This document shows, piece after piece, positions 12,857 to 24,701 of a DNA stretch of 64,000 nt (position 1 is its first letter; each line of letters begins with the position of its first letter). The translations under genes were made by a program, and so were the position numbers. Location: the NCBI GenBank assembly GCA_010093605.1, contig MU004187.1, forward strand, positions 868,001-932,000. Direction: 5' to 3'. Under the pieces are notes generated by a model, which had not been told where the DNA came from, did not search any database, and saw only the letters and a program-made list of their open reading frames with translations. This stretch comes from Lophium mytilinum. Taxonomy: Eukaryota.

Positions 12857-12887
12857 GCGGTTGTAAGGCGCCGAAGGCGCATGCCGC
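12857..12887 (-). promoter_or_regulatory. LINE 3'-terminal stem-loop next to the (AACC)n tail
   Basis: GCGG(12857)...GCGCC-GAA-GGCGC(12868-12880)...CCGC(12884-12887) forms an interrupted hairpin ~10 nt from the tail. The RT-recognition role is inferred from other stringent LINEs. Confidence 0.6.
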
Positions 12888-14229
12888 GTGGACTTTCAGC
12901 CGGCGGGGGTGGGGTATTTAGGCACGTGAGCGCCCAAATTTTGGGCGCTCTAATGCCTAAATTCCTGCCCTTGCGCCGCTGCCCCGGGGTTCCAAGGCCC
13001 TGAGGAGTAAGTTCCACCTAAGTATATACATGAGAGCCCGTAGCCTAAGGGGGCCCGGGATAAGAGAGCCTAAAAAGAATGAAATCCGCCGCCTATCTGC
13101 CTGCTGGAGGCTATCGTCTTGCCTAGTGCATAGTCCTCTAGCCTATCCTCCCGTAGTTGCAAGTTTATAGCGATTCCTCTACCGCTATGTTTTAGTAGGT
13201 AATGCCGCCTTTCTACCTGCACCGGCAGCTGTTTACAGCAAGTAGTTAGTTAGTTACGGCCTTACTGTAGTTAGTTAGTTAGTTAGTTAGTCTATTTATG
13301 GGCGCTGGGTCGCTATCTAGGGGAGAAATGCAGCGGTTAGAAGCCGCTGCTTAGACGCTGGGTCGCCTTAGGGTGGTGGTTAAAAGCCGCTGCTTCGGGC
13401 GCTGGGTCACCTTAGGGGGTTATTCCACCTAGGGGGTGAATTTAATAATGCATGCCGGCTTAGGGTTTAGCGCCTGGCTTTATAGCCGGGTGTGACCTAT
13501 TAGGTCCTTTAAGCTGGCGCATAAATGAGGGGATAATAACCTTTTAGCAGTTATAACCTTAGTAAGATTGCTTTTAGGCGTAGTAAAAAAAGGACCTTTA
13601 TAGAGCGGGTGTCGCCCTCTAATACGTTATAATAGATATAGCTGTCTCTAAGTACCGCGTGGCGGTTTCCTGCCCCGGCAGGGCTTGTAAGGCCGTAGGG
13701 AAAACCGGGGGTTTTTACTGTGTGTGTAGCGTGGCGGCTTCAGCTGCTAAACTTTAACTAGTAGATTTAGCAGCTCCGGCTGCTAGGCCTTAACGGGGGC
13801 GCTTAGTTCTGCTGCGCGCCTCCTTAAATCTTTATAAATTAAACTGGAACTATTGCCCGGGTACTTATATGCCCGGGGCTTTCTCTAAATGTGGGCCTGT
13901 CTAAATAGAGGGTTGCTTGCAATAATGGGAAAATTCTTCTAAAGGGCTTTACGCCTTTAGCTAAAGGGGGGGGTTTTATTCTTCCGCCTCTATTAGTCTA
14001 AGATTTGGTCTCTAGTAAGAAAGAAAAGAAGTGCAACTACTAGTGCGCTTTACCGCCGCGTAGTGTAGCGGCGGTCCTTATAGGGGCTTCTTAGAATGCT
14101 AAGACTTCTTAAAGTAGGCTAAGTATTACATTTTAGGCCTTGCGCCTGGCGCTAAAGGGGGGCTGGTCCCTCTATTAGCTAAGCGTTATCTCGGCTAATG
14201 TATTAAATATCTGCTAACTATTTATATAG

Positions 14230-15381
14230 AAAAATAGAACCTAAATTAGCTAGTTCTATTATTGCGCCTGTAGGTAATAAAGAACTAGTAGAAGAGGTCT
14301 TGCTATATATTAGTGCCATGTCCTACTATATCGCCTGCTAATTGCTAGCAGGTTACGCTGTAATTAGGCGTATAAGAGTTTTATTAATTATGTAATGGCT
14401 ATAAGTCCCGGGTGGACTTAAGCCTAAGTTAAGCGGCTTATTTAGCGTTGGCTGGCGGTTAGTATAGTTATCTACTACTAACAGGTATTATATTCTATAT
14501 TAAAGGCAATGTATTAGCAGCCTATAGAGGGCGGCTAGAAGTATTAATATTTTTACTGCTTTAAGAGCACTAAGCAGCACCTAAAGTTATGTAACTTACA
14601 CGGCGTTATTTTAGCCTATTAATTCCGAATTCCGCCGGGACTAGTGTCAGTCCTAGAGGAGAGCTCCGCTGCTCTCCTGCCTATTAAGAAGACCGGCCGT
14701 TATATTTATGGTAAATTTGCTATGCGCTACTATGCGCTCTAGTACTATTACGCTAAGGTGCCCTACTACTCTAGCAAGTATAAGAATGAGAAGGCGGCGG
14801 CGGACGCCTTTCTGGCCGCAAATTAGGCCCTTTTTAACTTCCTGGGCGAGAAGTTGCGCCTTATAGACCCGTCTATGGCCGGGAAATTTTAAGGTGCGCT
14901 AAGGGAGCTGCCGGTTAGCGCGCGTGCGCTAAGTAGTCTCTAGATAGGCTGTGCAATTAATTAAGAATAGGATAATGTATTTACTAGTGGGTCTACCTAT
15001 TATAATAAGCATAATAAGCCTAAGGGGTTTAATACTATAGTGCCCTTTAGGTAGTATAAGGGGGTAGATTTACTGCTCTAGCCCCTAAAGGCCCGCGTGG
15101 AGATGCGCCGAGGTAATGCTATTTTCTTCCGCAGGTTATATATTGCGCATAATACTGTTACCGTTAAGTCTAGCGTGTAGAATTTATTAGACTATTTCTT
15201 CTACCGTGTAATATATGGCTGGGTAAAGAAGAAACGTTTAGGCATGCTTTCTTTAGACGACGTGGGTGGTTACTAGCATTATAGTTGGTCTAACAGGCGC
15301 CCTAAGGGCACCTAGGTTCCGCCGCGGAAGGTAGTAAAGCCTAGGCGTGGCGGGAAGGGAAAGGGGAAATCTTCCGGGTAG
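14230..15381 (+). pseudogene. RIP-mutated TET/JBP-like 2OG-Fe(II) dioxygenase gene carried antisense inside the LINE
   Basis: One frame without frameshifts, with stops only as TAA/TAG: ...GVILAY*FRIPPGL...GKFAMRYYAL*...L*IGCAIN*E*...GST-Y-Y-N-KHNKPKGFNTIVPFR*YKGVDLLL*PLKARVEMRRGNAIFFRRLYIAHNTVTVKSSV*NLLDYFFY... Reversing C>T/G>A changes gives H-x-D-x-x-D (from 14998), G.Y.G.DL.LW, RRGD..FFRG, an intact distal His (IAHN, 15148-15150) and a possible R-N-S at 15178. Basic tail RKVVKPRRGGKGKGK. The 5' start is undefined. Confidence 0.75.
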
Positions 15382-15719
15382 ATAGTTTGCTATTTCTTTA
15401 ATGTAGGCCTCTCTAGCCGTCTTATCTTATGCTTCTATATATCGCCGTAACTATATATAAATATAACTGTGTGCTAATATAACTATATGCTAAAGTAACT
15501 GCTAACTAACTAACTATTAACCGTGGGCGTGCCGGGCGTAACTAACCTACTACTTATAAGTGATTTTTACTAGGTTCTATACTAACTTTCTCCTTATTCT
15601 AGGTTCTTCTCTCTCTCTTATTATCTAACTTAGGTGTAGTGGCTTCTTAGTCTTTTTAACCTATTTAGAACTAGGCAAGCCCTTATAAGTATATTAGATT
15701 ATTAATAACTTTCCCCTAA

Positions 15720-18700
15720 TTAGCCCTCTCTAGTAGTAGCGCCCTGCCCCTAGTTAGGGATCCCCGGCTTACAGCGTCTCGCGTTTCTATTAATTCCGCT
15801 GCCTCCGCCTATTCTCTAGACTATCTAGTTATAGGCCCCCTATAGAGTGTCCTTTTAGGCCCTCCTTATAGCGTCTACCCTTTAAGAATGTCGGGTTATA
15901 GGTAGAGTATAGCTTTCTTAGCGTCCACGTTAATATACCGGAATTAATTAAGTACTAACAACTTAATAACTAGTAATGCTGCATGCTTTGCTGCGCTTAG
16001 GTTACTTAAGAGAACGTGTAACTGCGGGATTTTCTTTTCTATACTTACCTATATTGCCTCTCTTTTAGTAGTTAGCTTAGTGCATACATATAAAATATAG
16101 TGTAGCGTTTATCGTTCCTCTATATAGTAGAGCTAGCACTAGGGGGAATCTATAGAAGCGGCCTGGATAGATATTAGGTAACCTGCTATACCGTAGATAC
16201 CTATTAAAAGTTGCGCGATTGTTGCCTAGAGGGGTCTTAAAACTCCCTTTAGTTAGTCTAGATTATATTTACTAGGTACTAGAGTAATCTTCTTATATAG
16301 GCGGCCACGCCGGGTCTTATTCTATTTATTTATCTAGCGCTTAAGTGTAAAGTCTCTTATAAGTCGCTTAGGGTAGTTCTTTAACGGCCGGAGTCCCGGT
16401 AGTTTAAGTGCAAAAGTTGCAGTCTATTTTAATCCTTTAGGTAGCTATCTAATAGCCCTTTTAGCTGTGTTGTCCGCGTATTTATTACCTAGTATGCCTT
16501 TGTATCTAGGAATTTAGTATATCTAGATAGAGCCTATAACCTGCTTGTAGAGCTTGTAAATCTAGATAAGAAAGTACTATTCTTTCTTCGCTATGGCGTC
16601 TGCTAGAGCTTGCACGACGCCCTTATTATTAGTGTATATAACTATTAAGTGCCCCTAATTACTATTATCTTAGGCTAGAATGATTTCTTCTAGCGCTATA
16701 ATTAGGCCGAATGCCTCCGCTTTATACACGGAGTACTTTTCTAGCAGTCCTAGATAAGCTAATGTTCTTGTTGCCTTTTTAATATTAACCGCTGCTAAGC
16801 CGGTTTTATTCTCCTATTCTAAGCCATCTGTATACTAGTAGCTAGAGAAGTTAGCGTAGTTCTTATTATGTGCTGCTATAGCCTCTTCTACTAAGTTTAC
16901 TATAAAAGTTATAGGAAATAGCCCCTATGGGGCGTTAATAAAGGCTATCGCCGGGGCTATATTTAGCGCGCTTACTGTAAATTATTACTCTAGCTGCTGC
17001 TTATAGAGAGATAGAGGGCTCTTATATCTTGCCTCTAGGTTTACTTATTTAATTAAATGGCGGTAGTGGGCCTTAGTGGCCATATTAATAATTATTTGCG
17101 CTGCTACCTACTATAGTATCTGCTGCGCCGGGGAGAGGTGTGCTACTATGTTTAGTATATCGCCCGGTAAGTTTCTAAACATGCCGGTGATAACTGCTGC
17201 TGCCTGTCTCTATAGTATTACTATTATTATAATCGCTTTATTTATGTCTAAGTCTATGCCTTTATACTAGACCAATATTCTAAAGGTAAAGTAGGGCAGT
17301 ATAATTGCCTTATATGCGTGCTGGATAGATATAGTATCGGCGCCCTATATAGGCTTGCTAAGGCACTTAAGAAGGTTAATCTTATATATAGCTTTCTCCT
17401 TAATATGCGCGACGTGTGGTGCAAATATAAGTTGTAAGTTAAGAGTAACTTCTAAAATCTTAACTGTGTCTTCTGCTTTTATAACTATGTTGCCGAAAGC
17501 TAGCAGTCTCTTATTATTGCCTATTTCTCTTATACCTGGCGGAATGCAGTGCACTATATAGAACTTCTCCGGCGTAAACCTAGCTCTATAGGCTTTACTC
17601 TATGCGAGGTACTAGAGTATAATCTATGCTAGCATTGCGCAGGTCTATTTAGTTATCTTGCCTATAGCGACTATATTAGTGTTGTCTATCTAGCTAACTA
17701 TTATTAGCTTTTACCCTTGCTCGTCTTCCTCCTAGTTAAGCGTAATAAGTTCCGCGTTAAAGATAATAAATAGCACCGGCGATAGTAGTAATTCTTGCGG
17801 TATGCTAATATAAATATTCTTAAGCTCTATTATTATGTCTAGCAGGCGCAGCTGTATGCGTTATTTAGTAAGAAAGCTATGCACCTAGTTCCTCTATTGT
17901 CCTTCTAGCCCTATCCTTAATAGGTTGTGTAGTAGCTAGGGGTAGTAGATATAGTTAAACGCTTCTAATATATCTATTAATAGGATTATTACTACTTTCT
18001 TCTTATTCTACGCAGCGTATACCTCTTCTACGAGTTTATATAGCGCGTATTTGCATAACCTGCCTTTCCGTCCTCTAAAGTAAGTAATTAGAATGCTAGC
18101 TATTGTTTCTAGGTAGTATTGCATGCGTTCTACTATTACTGCTTCTAGCGTCTTACTAATAGTGCTAAGTAGCGCTATAGGCCGGTATAAGCTAACCTAG
18201 TTCTTTAGTTTTTCTAGTTTTAGTAGCGGGATTGTAATTAAGCTTTAGAAATATGTAGAGTAGTGTTCTAGTATTATGCTTGCGTTAAAGATTGCCTGCA
18301 TCTAGCGTAGTAGCTTTAACTTTAGGTTATAGGCGCTAGTATTATTACTGCCTATGCCCGCCTTTAGGGCCTTGTAGACAACTCTATCTATACCTGGCGA
18401 GCTATCTATTACTAATCTCTTTACTATTATTGTAATTTTGTGGAGAGTAATAAGCTCTATTCTTGCTAGTTTAGAGTAGTTCTATTACCCTAGGTCGGTG
18501 CCTCTTATAGGCCTTAGAAAGAACTTTTTACGTAGTAGGTTGGCCTTCTCTTTGCTGTCTTATACTTCCCTTATCTTAGTCTATAGCGGGGCTTCTGCTA
18601 TTATTAGCTCTACCGGTAGTGCAACATTAAATATTAGCATGCGCGGTTCTTATCTTTTTACCTCTAATTATCTCTTCTTCTACTTTAGAACGCGCTAGAG

Positions 18701-19830
18701 TTTACTTATATCTTTAGCTTTAGTTATGTCTTTGCGGAAGTAGTCGCGCTTCTAGTTGCGCACTATCTTCCTCTATTCTTTCTTCTGCTTCCGGTATAGA
18801 TAGGCTGCTAGTTCTAACCGGTCCTATCTATATTATTATCGCGTTGCTTATAGCTTTACCCGGGCGTCCTTTATATCCTTAGTAAAGCCTTTCTTTAAGT
18901 AGATTAGATGAATTTTACTTATAGGTGTCGCCTTGCGTGCTGCAGCCTTAACTGCGTTAACTAGAATGTTGGTAAATCTTTTAAGCGCTTCTACTGTGTC
19001 TAGTTTAGCCGGGTTAATATCCGGCAGTAAGTTATTAAGCGCTTTGCAGAGTTTATCTTTATCTATTTCCTTCTATTTTAGACGCTTTTTAACTTCCCTC
19101 CTAGCGGGAGGTGGCACGCTAAGTTAGGTGCCTATTAGTATATAGTCGCCGCTATAGTTATATTTATCTGCCGGGGCGCAGAACTATATATATGTTTCTA
19201 GCGTTATTAAGACTAAGATAAGGTTAATTGTTAATGGTCTGTTTGCCAGGTTATTAGGAAAGTGTGTAGATAGGTTCCTTTCTACGCATTATTATATATT
19301 ATGCTTTTATATTAGCTGGGCTACTACTTGTCCCCTTATATCTATAGGTTGTTTAGTATTCTATGCTAGGTAGTGGGCATTAAAGTCCCCTACTATAATG
19401 TATTTAGCTGTTGGGTATATAAACTAGTAGCGCGTTATAGCTTTATTAAGCTCTATAATAGCTTCTATCTAGTTTATATTACCTAGTATTTAATAGATAT
19501 TTAAGAATAGTATCTTCTAGTTATTTTTAAGTGTAAGTAGAATCGTGTTCCTAAAGTTGCCTATATAGTAGTTCTACTATACTTTACTATAAATCTTTTT
19601 ATTTATATATAGCGCTGTTTAAGTTAAGAGGTTACCTATAAATAGGCACTAGAATTTGCTGTATTAACTTATTATAATTAAGTTCTTTTAAAAGGTATTA
19701 AGGAACAGGTTCTATATTGCTATAATATTAAATTTAGCAATTAATTTATCTAAGAAGAGGGATTAGGTATTCGCGTAAGTATGCTGGATGTTCTATTATA
19801 GGATTTTTAGTCCGGCTTTAGTATCTATTA
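15720..19830 (-). pseudogene. LINE ORF2 (APE endonuclease, reverse transcriptase, RNase H, C-terminal zinc knuckle), RIP-degenerate
   Basis: Minus-strand motifs: IIVGDFNAH (~19380), YRPIALLSTISKTLEAVI (~18160), DI..AF (~17965), IPQ..LLSPVLFIIF (~17790), *IDNTNI (~17685), YTDG (~16830), SVYKAEAF (~16725), IPRYKGILGNKYAD from WIPGHKG (~16500) and C..C......HIL..C (~16110). Boundaries approximate. Confidence 0.9.
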
Positions 19831-19839
19831 TAGGTATTA

Positions 19840-21810
19840 ACCTGGTGTCGCCTTATTAAGTCTACTATAATATTACTGTTGCTATCCTCCTCTAAGGACC
19901 TGTTCTAGGAGGGGAATTAGTTGCCGTATAATTATAAGGGGGCAAGGCTATAGTCCTCTTCTTCGCCCGCGTTGCTATTAACCGGTCGGGGGGTCCACGC
20001 GTTATTTATTGTCTCGGGCGGTTATTTGCCCGATAATAGCTCCTGTGTTAGGTTATTCTAAAGCTTTAATTGCTTTAGCGTTTTATTCTTCTTGCCGGAA
20101 TCTGCGGCTAAGCTAGCGCGTTTCCTCTTTCTAGCCGTGCCTTCTAGCTGGGCCTATGCCGCCTTTGCCGTGGGTTTACGTTTCTATTTCCTACTCTTTT
20201 TCTTGTTAATAATGCTGGCTTATGGCGTTGCATTAGTAGAGCTTAACGCGTTCTAGCTAGAGGACTGCGTGTTTCCCTCTTAGTTAGTATTGTCTTTCCG
20301 GCCGGCTTATTTAGCCGCTATTGCTAGTTTACGTGCCTATGCTGTGACTTGTAGTCTTGCTTATACTACTTACTTCTTAGTATCTCTTAACTTAAGTTCT
20401 ATATTCCGGAGCTTTTATTAGTCTGGTGTCAGTTTGCTTAGCGGTATTTCTGGCCGTGTAAGGGGCGTTTTCTTCCGCCGCGTTAGCGTGGCAGCCTCTA
20501 GCGTTAGGGTTGCTATAATAGGGGTATCGCTACTAGATTTAATACTGCTCTATTCGCCTTACTTAGCTGGCATAGCCGAGTTAACTGCTGTTTGCGACGA
20601 GGGAATAATAGTAATCTCCGCGGTGTCTTCCCGGATCCTTAGTATCCGGGGCTGTGCTCCTGTATCTAATATTCCTGGTAATATTCCAAGTTCTAGTATT
20701 ATAGCTTCCAGCGACGCGTGCTCCTTGTGTTATTGTAGTCTATTCTTTTTAGGCCGTGGCGCTTCTATCTATGTATTTTTAGGGTTAAGGGCGCCGCCTA
20801 CATTTTATACATTTTAGTGCACCTAGCTGTTAGCTAAGAGTTAGGGATAGGGCACTGTATACCTGTAAGGGAGGCTCTATAGCCTCTCCTCTACCTCCTC
20901 CCTAGCCCGCTGGCGCATTTTGTACTTTGCGGAGTACGCTAGGTAAGGCTTACTATATAGCGGGCAGTGCGGAGGCAACTATTAATTAGGGTAGTTGGTT
21001 ATTAAGTGCGCCTCGGCGCAGTAAGCGCAGGACTGTAATGCGCGGCATTGGGTTTTAATATATCTATAGTGGTTGCATTTAAAGCATTATTAAAGCCTGC
21101 ATCCGCTGTTATACTATATAGTATTAAGTAGTTTACTATTCTATAGTATATACTAATCTAGTACTATGTTTATATTCTTGGGACTATTAAACTAGATAAT
21201 AAGAGAGCTGTAACTTTTTAAATTAACTTAATTACTTATTAGCTAGCTAATGTAGAGAATTTAGGCCTTAGGCATTGCTATAGCATTATAGTGCTGCAGT
21301 TTTCTAATAGCCGCCGCTTTACTGATTGCGTCTATAGTAATGCTGTTAACTGGAAAGTTATATACAATAACGCCGTACGAGTCTTGTAATACGCTGCTCC
21401 CTGGCCCTAGTACCTATGTCTACTTATCCTACTTAAGGAGCTAGACTTGGTCCTTATTAGTATAAGGGTGGACGTTAAGGTCGCTAGAGAGTAGCAGGTG
21501 TACTGCCCGCGCTGTCTTTCTATAGGGCATAAGCGCGGCGTTAATAAGCACCTTAAGCTGTCCTCCTTTCTTGTCTGCCGCCCGCAAAGCATTAATAGAC
21601 CCCAAGCCTTTAATCTTTACGCAGAGCGGCGGGGTGGGTTTTATTATTGTGGCAGCGCTGCCTATCGCGGTTAGGGTATCTTGTGCGGCGGCGGCGTTAA
21701 CCTTAGTGGCTAGTACCTTAGACAGGTTGTTAATGTTGGCGGCGGTTAGTCTAGCTGGTTGCTGGTTATAGGTCTTCTATTGGGACTAGTTTATTATTAT
21801 CTTTATTATG
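19840..21810 (-). pseudogene. LINE ORF1 (gag-like, three zinc knuckles), RIP-degenerate
   Basis: CFKCNHY(G)(H)IKTQC, CAYCAEAH....(C) and HCPL(C).KP(H)....K(C) at ~20920-21090, the triple CCHC typical of fungal Tad-like ORF1. Boundaries approximate. Confidence 0.8.
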
Positions 21811-22488
21811 AATTTAACGTTGTGGATGAGTTAGGCGCTGGTTTAATTGTGGGCTTTAATCTTGCGGGCGGCGGCGGCGGCTTTAACTATAAGTGCTAGA
21901 TAGGACTTGAGTATAGTGCGGACGGCGTTTTCTTCTACGCTCTTGACGGTCTTATATGTTTCCAGCGCGCGGAGGCAGGCTTCTTATGCTGTTTGGGCGT
22001 GGTCTTGCAATAGGGTGTGGTGGGTAACGGGCGTAAAATCCGCTGCCTTTTTTAATAATATTATGAATAACGTCTAAAACGCGTCCAGAGAACTTTGTTT
22101 GAGCGATGATTCTGATTAGTATGTTAAGGCGAGTTGATTGCGACCAATATTTGTGTCTATTGTGTTGTGGATTCCAATCGTTGGGGTTGCTGGGTGTGTG
22201 GTGTTTTCGACCCTCTCCGCCGCGCTCAATTCCTCCACCACCACCGCCCCTCAAGCAACCTTGGAACACCACCCTCGCCGCTCTCACACCTCCACAGCCT
22301 CGTTCACGGCACTGCCAGTCCTCGGACACTCCACTCGTTTCAAACCCGTTCCGCTCCTTGAATTAATAGTGGCGCCCCGAAACCGACGCGATAGTCGCGC
22401 TGTGCCGCACTTGAATCCGCAGAGCACCTCATCAGACATCGAACTGCCCAACAGTAATGCAGTAACCACACCATCACGACCGCCCCTC

Positions 22489-24701
22489 ATGAAGCGCTTC
22501 TCCATCCCCGACCCGCGCCAGCTGCTGAGCGTGCGGACGCGCTTCTCCTACGAAAAGCTGCCCGGCGGAGACAGCCAGAGCAACTCGCCGCTCTTCTCCT
22601 CTCTCCCGACCAAATGGCGACAGGATCCTCGCCAGTGGCGCTTTGGCTGGCCTCGCATGACCCTCACGCGCATTGTCGGGCTCCTCATTGTGTTGGTGAT
22701 GGTGGCCACTTCGACTGGTGTTGGTCTCTACAAGAGACATCTACGCCATGAAGAGGAGAGGAGGAGAGGACAGCGCACACCATACCATTGGGAGGCTTTC
22801 CCTCGGTAAGTTTTGTGTGCCTCGAGAAACATTAGAGACCTGCTTGCTAACTGTCGGGCAGACTCAATGGCTACTACAGCGGCATCTACAACCTCGTCCC
22901 AGCCTCCGACTGGGTCTCCGAACAGGCCGTCGTGAAAAATGCTACAGCCCACAAAGTTGCGGCACCAAAGTACACCCCGCCTGTCGTCAAAGAGCCTCCG
23001 ATGGACCCCGAGATCTTCAATCCCTACCCCGATTACAAATCTTTCAAGTACCTTGAGACGCATAACCCCGTGCAGCCGTGCTACTTGGACGAGGAGACCA
23101 AGGTTGAGATTCCCGATGTCTACGTCTACCCGGGAATACCCCAGAACATGACAGACCCTTCCTTTGGATCCTATAAAGAGCTCGGACTGAACAGCAAGGT
23201 CTGCTATGATCGATTCTCCCGATACGCAACCTACGGTTACGGCTTCTCGAAGGAGGAGGGTGGACTCGGCATGTCTGGCAAGTCCGAGGCTGTAGGCGCT
23301 GACAAGATCTGGCATCTGGAGAAGAAGGTGGATTACAGGAAGATCAAGTGGGCTACGGCGCAGCGAAAGTGTTATGAAAAGAACAAGATCCGATTCGACA
23401 AGACCGCTGTCAATGCGGAGGGTCAAAAGCCTGATCAGAGTAAGAAGACGCTTCCCCGACACGCCTACATTCTGCGGACGTGGACTGGCTACAAGTGGTC
23501 AGACTATCAAATGCTGGCTCTGCGTGCCATGATTAGCGAGCTTAGTCTCAAATCTGGCGGCGAGTACGACATTCACTTCCTCGTGCATGTCAAGGACGAC
23601 AGCATACCAATCTGGGCGTCCGACGAGGTATACCAGAAAACATTGCAGGACAATGTGCCTGAAGAATTCTGGGGCATGGCAACGCTGTGGTCTGAGCAGC
23701 AGATGAAGATGTTCTATCCAGAGCCATTCCCAGACAATGTTTTCAACCACGCCAAAGCTCCAATCCACTCCGTCTATCGAAGCGCTCATTTCGCACTCCA
23801 GTGGTTCTCTCAATTCCGCCCCGAGTACGACTTCTACTGGAACTGGGAAATGGATCTCCGATACACTGGTCACTACTACGAGTTCCACAACCAAATCGGC
23901 GAATGGGCCAAGCAACAACCTCGTAAGGGAATCTGGGAGCGTAGTTCTCGCTACTACATTCCGGAGCTCCATGGGTCTTGGCACAATTTTACTGAGCTGG
24001 TCGAAGAAGAAACCTTCCAGGGCGACGAAAAGCCTGTCTGGGGTCCACCAGAGTTCGAAAACCGGGGGATGATTGCGCCGCCCGAGGACAGCAAACCCCC
24101 CAGGTCCTACCTCCAGGACAAGTACGAATGGGGTGTTGGCGAGGATGCCGATCTGATCACCTTCAATCCCATCTTCGACCCTGCCAAGACGAACTGGGTT
24201 TTCCGAGAGGACGTCACAGGTTACGATCTCAAGATGCCAATTCCTCCCCGGCGGTGTGCAATCATTACTGTATCGCGTCTTTCCAAGCGTCTTCTTGATA
24301 TTATGCACAAAGAGACATACCACATGCGACACCACATGTTCCCTGAAATGTGGCCTCCGAGTGTCGCTTTCCACCACGGCCTCAAAGCTGTTTACGCACC
24401 GCATGCTATACATTTCGACCGCAATTGGCCACTGGAAACCCTCGACAAGACCTTCAACTACCCGCCTGTACCCGAAGAGAGTGTATTTGGCTGGGGAGAA
24501 CACAACCAGCTTGGCAGCAGCTTCTACTACAACTCGGGATTCTCTTCTGCCCTATGGAGACGCTGGCTAGGCTCGAAAGAGAACCAAGAGGGCGGTAATG
24601 CGGAAGAGATAGCCGATTCTGGACGCATGTGTCTTCGCCCGATCCTCTTCCATCCCATCAAGAAAGAGTTCGGCACTGAGGCTGACCAAGGACCGCCATG
24701 A
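22489..24701 (+). CDS. DUF3405-type type II membrane protein (putative glycosyltransferase-like)
   Basis: N-terminal TM anchor. Intron 22806-22861 joins FPR|LNGYYSG. Motifs LRAMISELSLKSGGEYDIHFLVHVKD, YDFYWNWEMDLRYTGHYY, WGVGEDADLITFNPIFDP and PILFHPIK. Family assigned from recall. Confidence 0.85.

Larger units (their letters stand above)
12830..22208 (-). mobile_element. Full-length Tad-clade-like LINE (non-LTR retrotransposon), RIP-inactivated, ~9.4 kb, with extended cargo-bearing 3' region
   Basis: 12-bp TSD GACCCTCTCCGC at 12818-12829 and 22209-22220. 3' tail (AACC)n on the minus strand at 12830-12846. RIP-degenerate ORF1 and ORF2 (APE-RT-RNase H-zinc knuckle). Strong TpA excess and CpA/TpG depletion fading at both ends. 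Confidence 0.93.

Noticed and set aside
13241..15516. (TAGT)n tracts at ~13241-13291 and (CTAA)n at ~15502-15516 as RIP-altered extra LINE tails, implying a nested retrocopy
   Set aside because: They could equally derive from (GTCA)n microsatellites, and I found no internal TSD. Unresolvable without other copies.
17076..21771. Short + strand ORFs inside the LINE
   Set aside because: Antisense by-products of RIP-mutated ORF1/ORF2.
23499..24503. Long antisense ORFs (also 55612-56595, 39759-40589)
   Set aside because: Shadows of strongly codon-biased sense genes.
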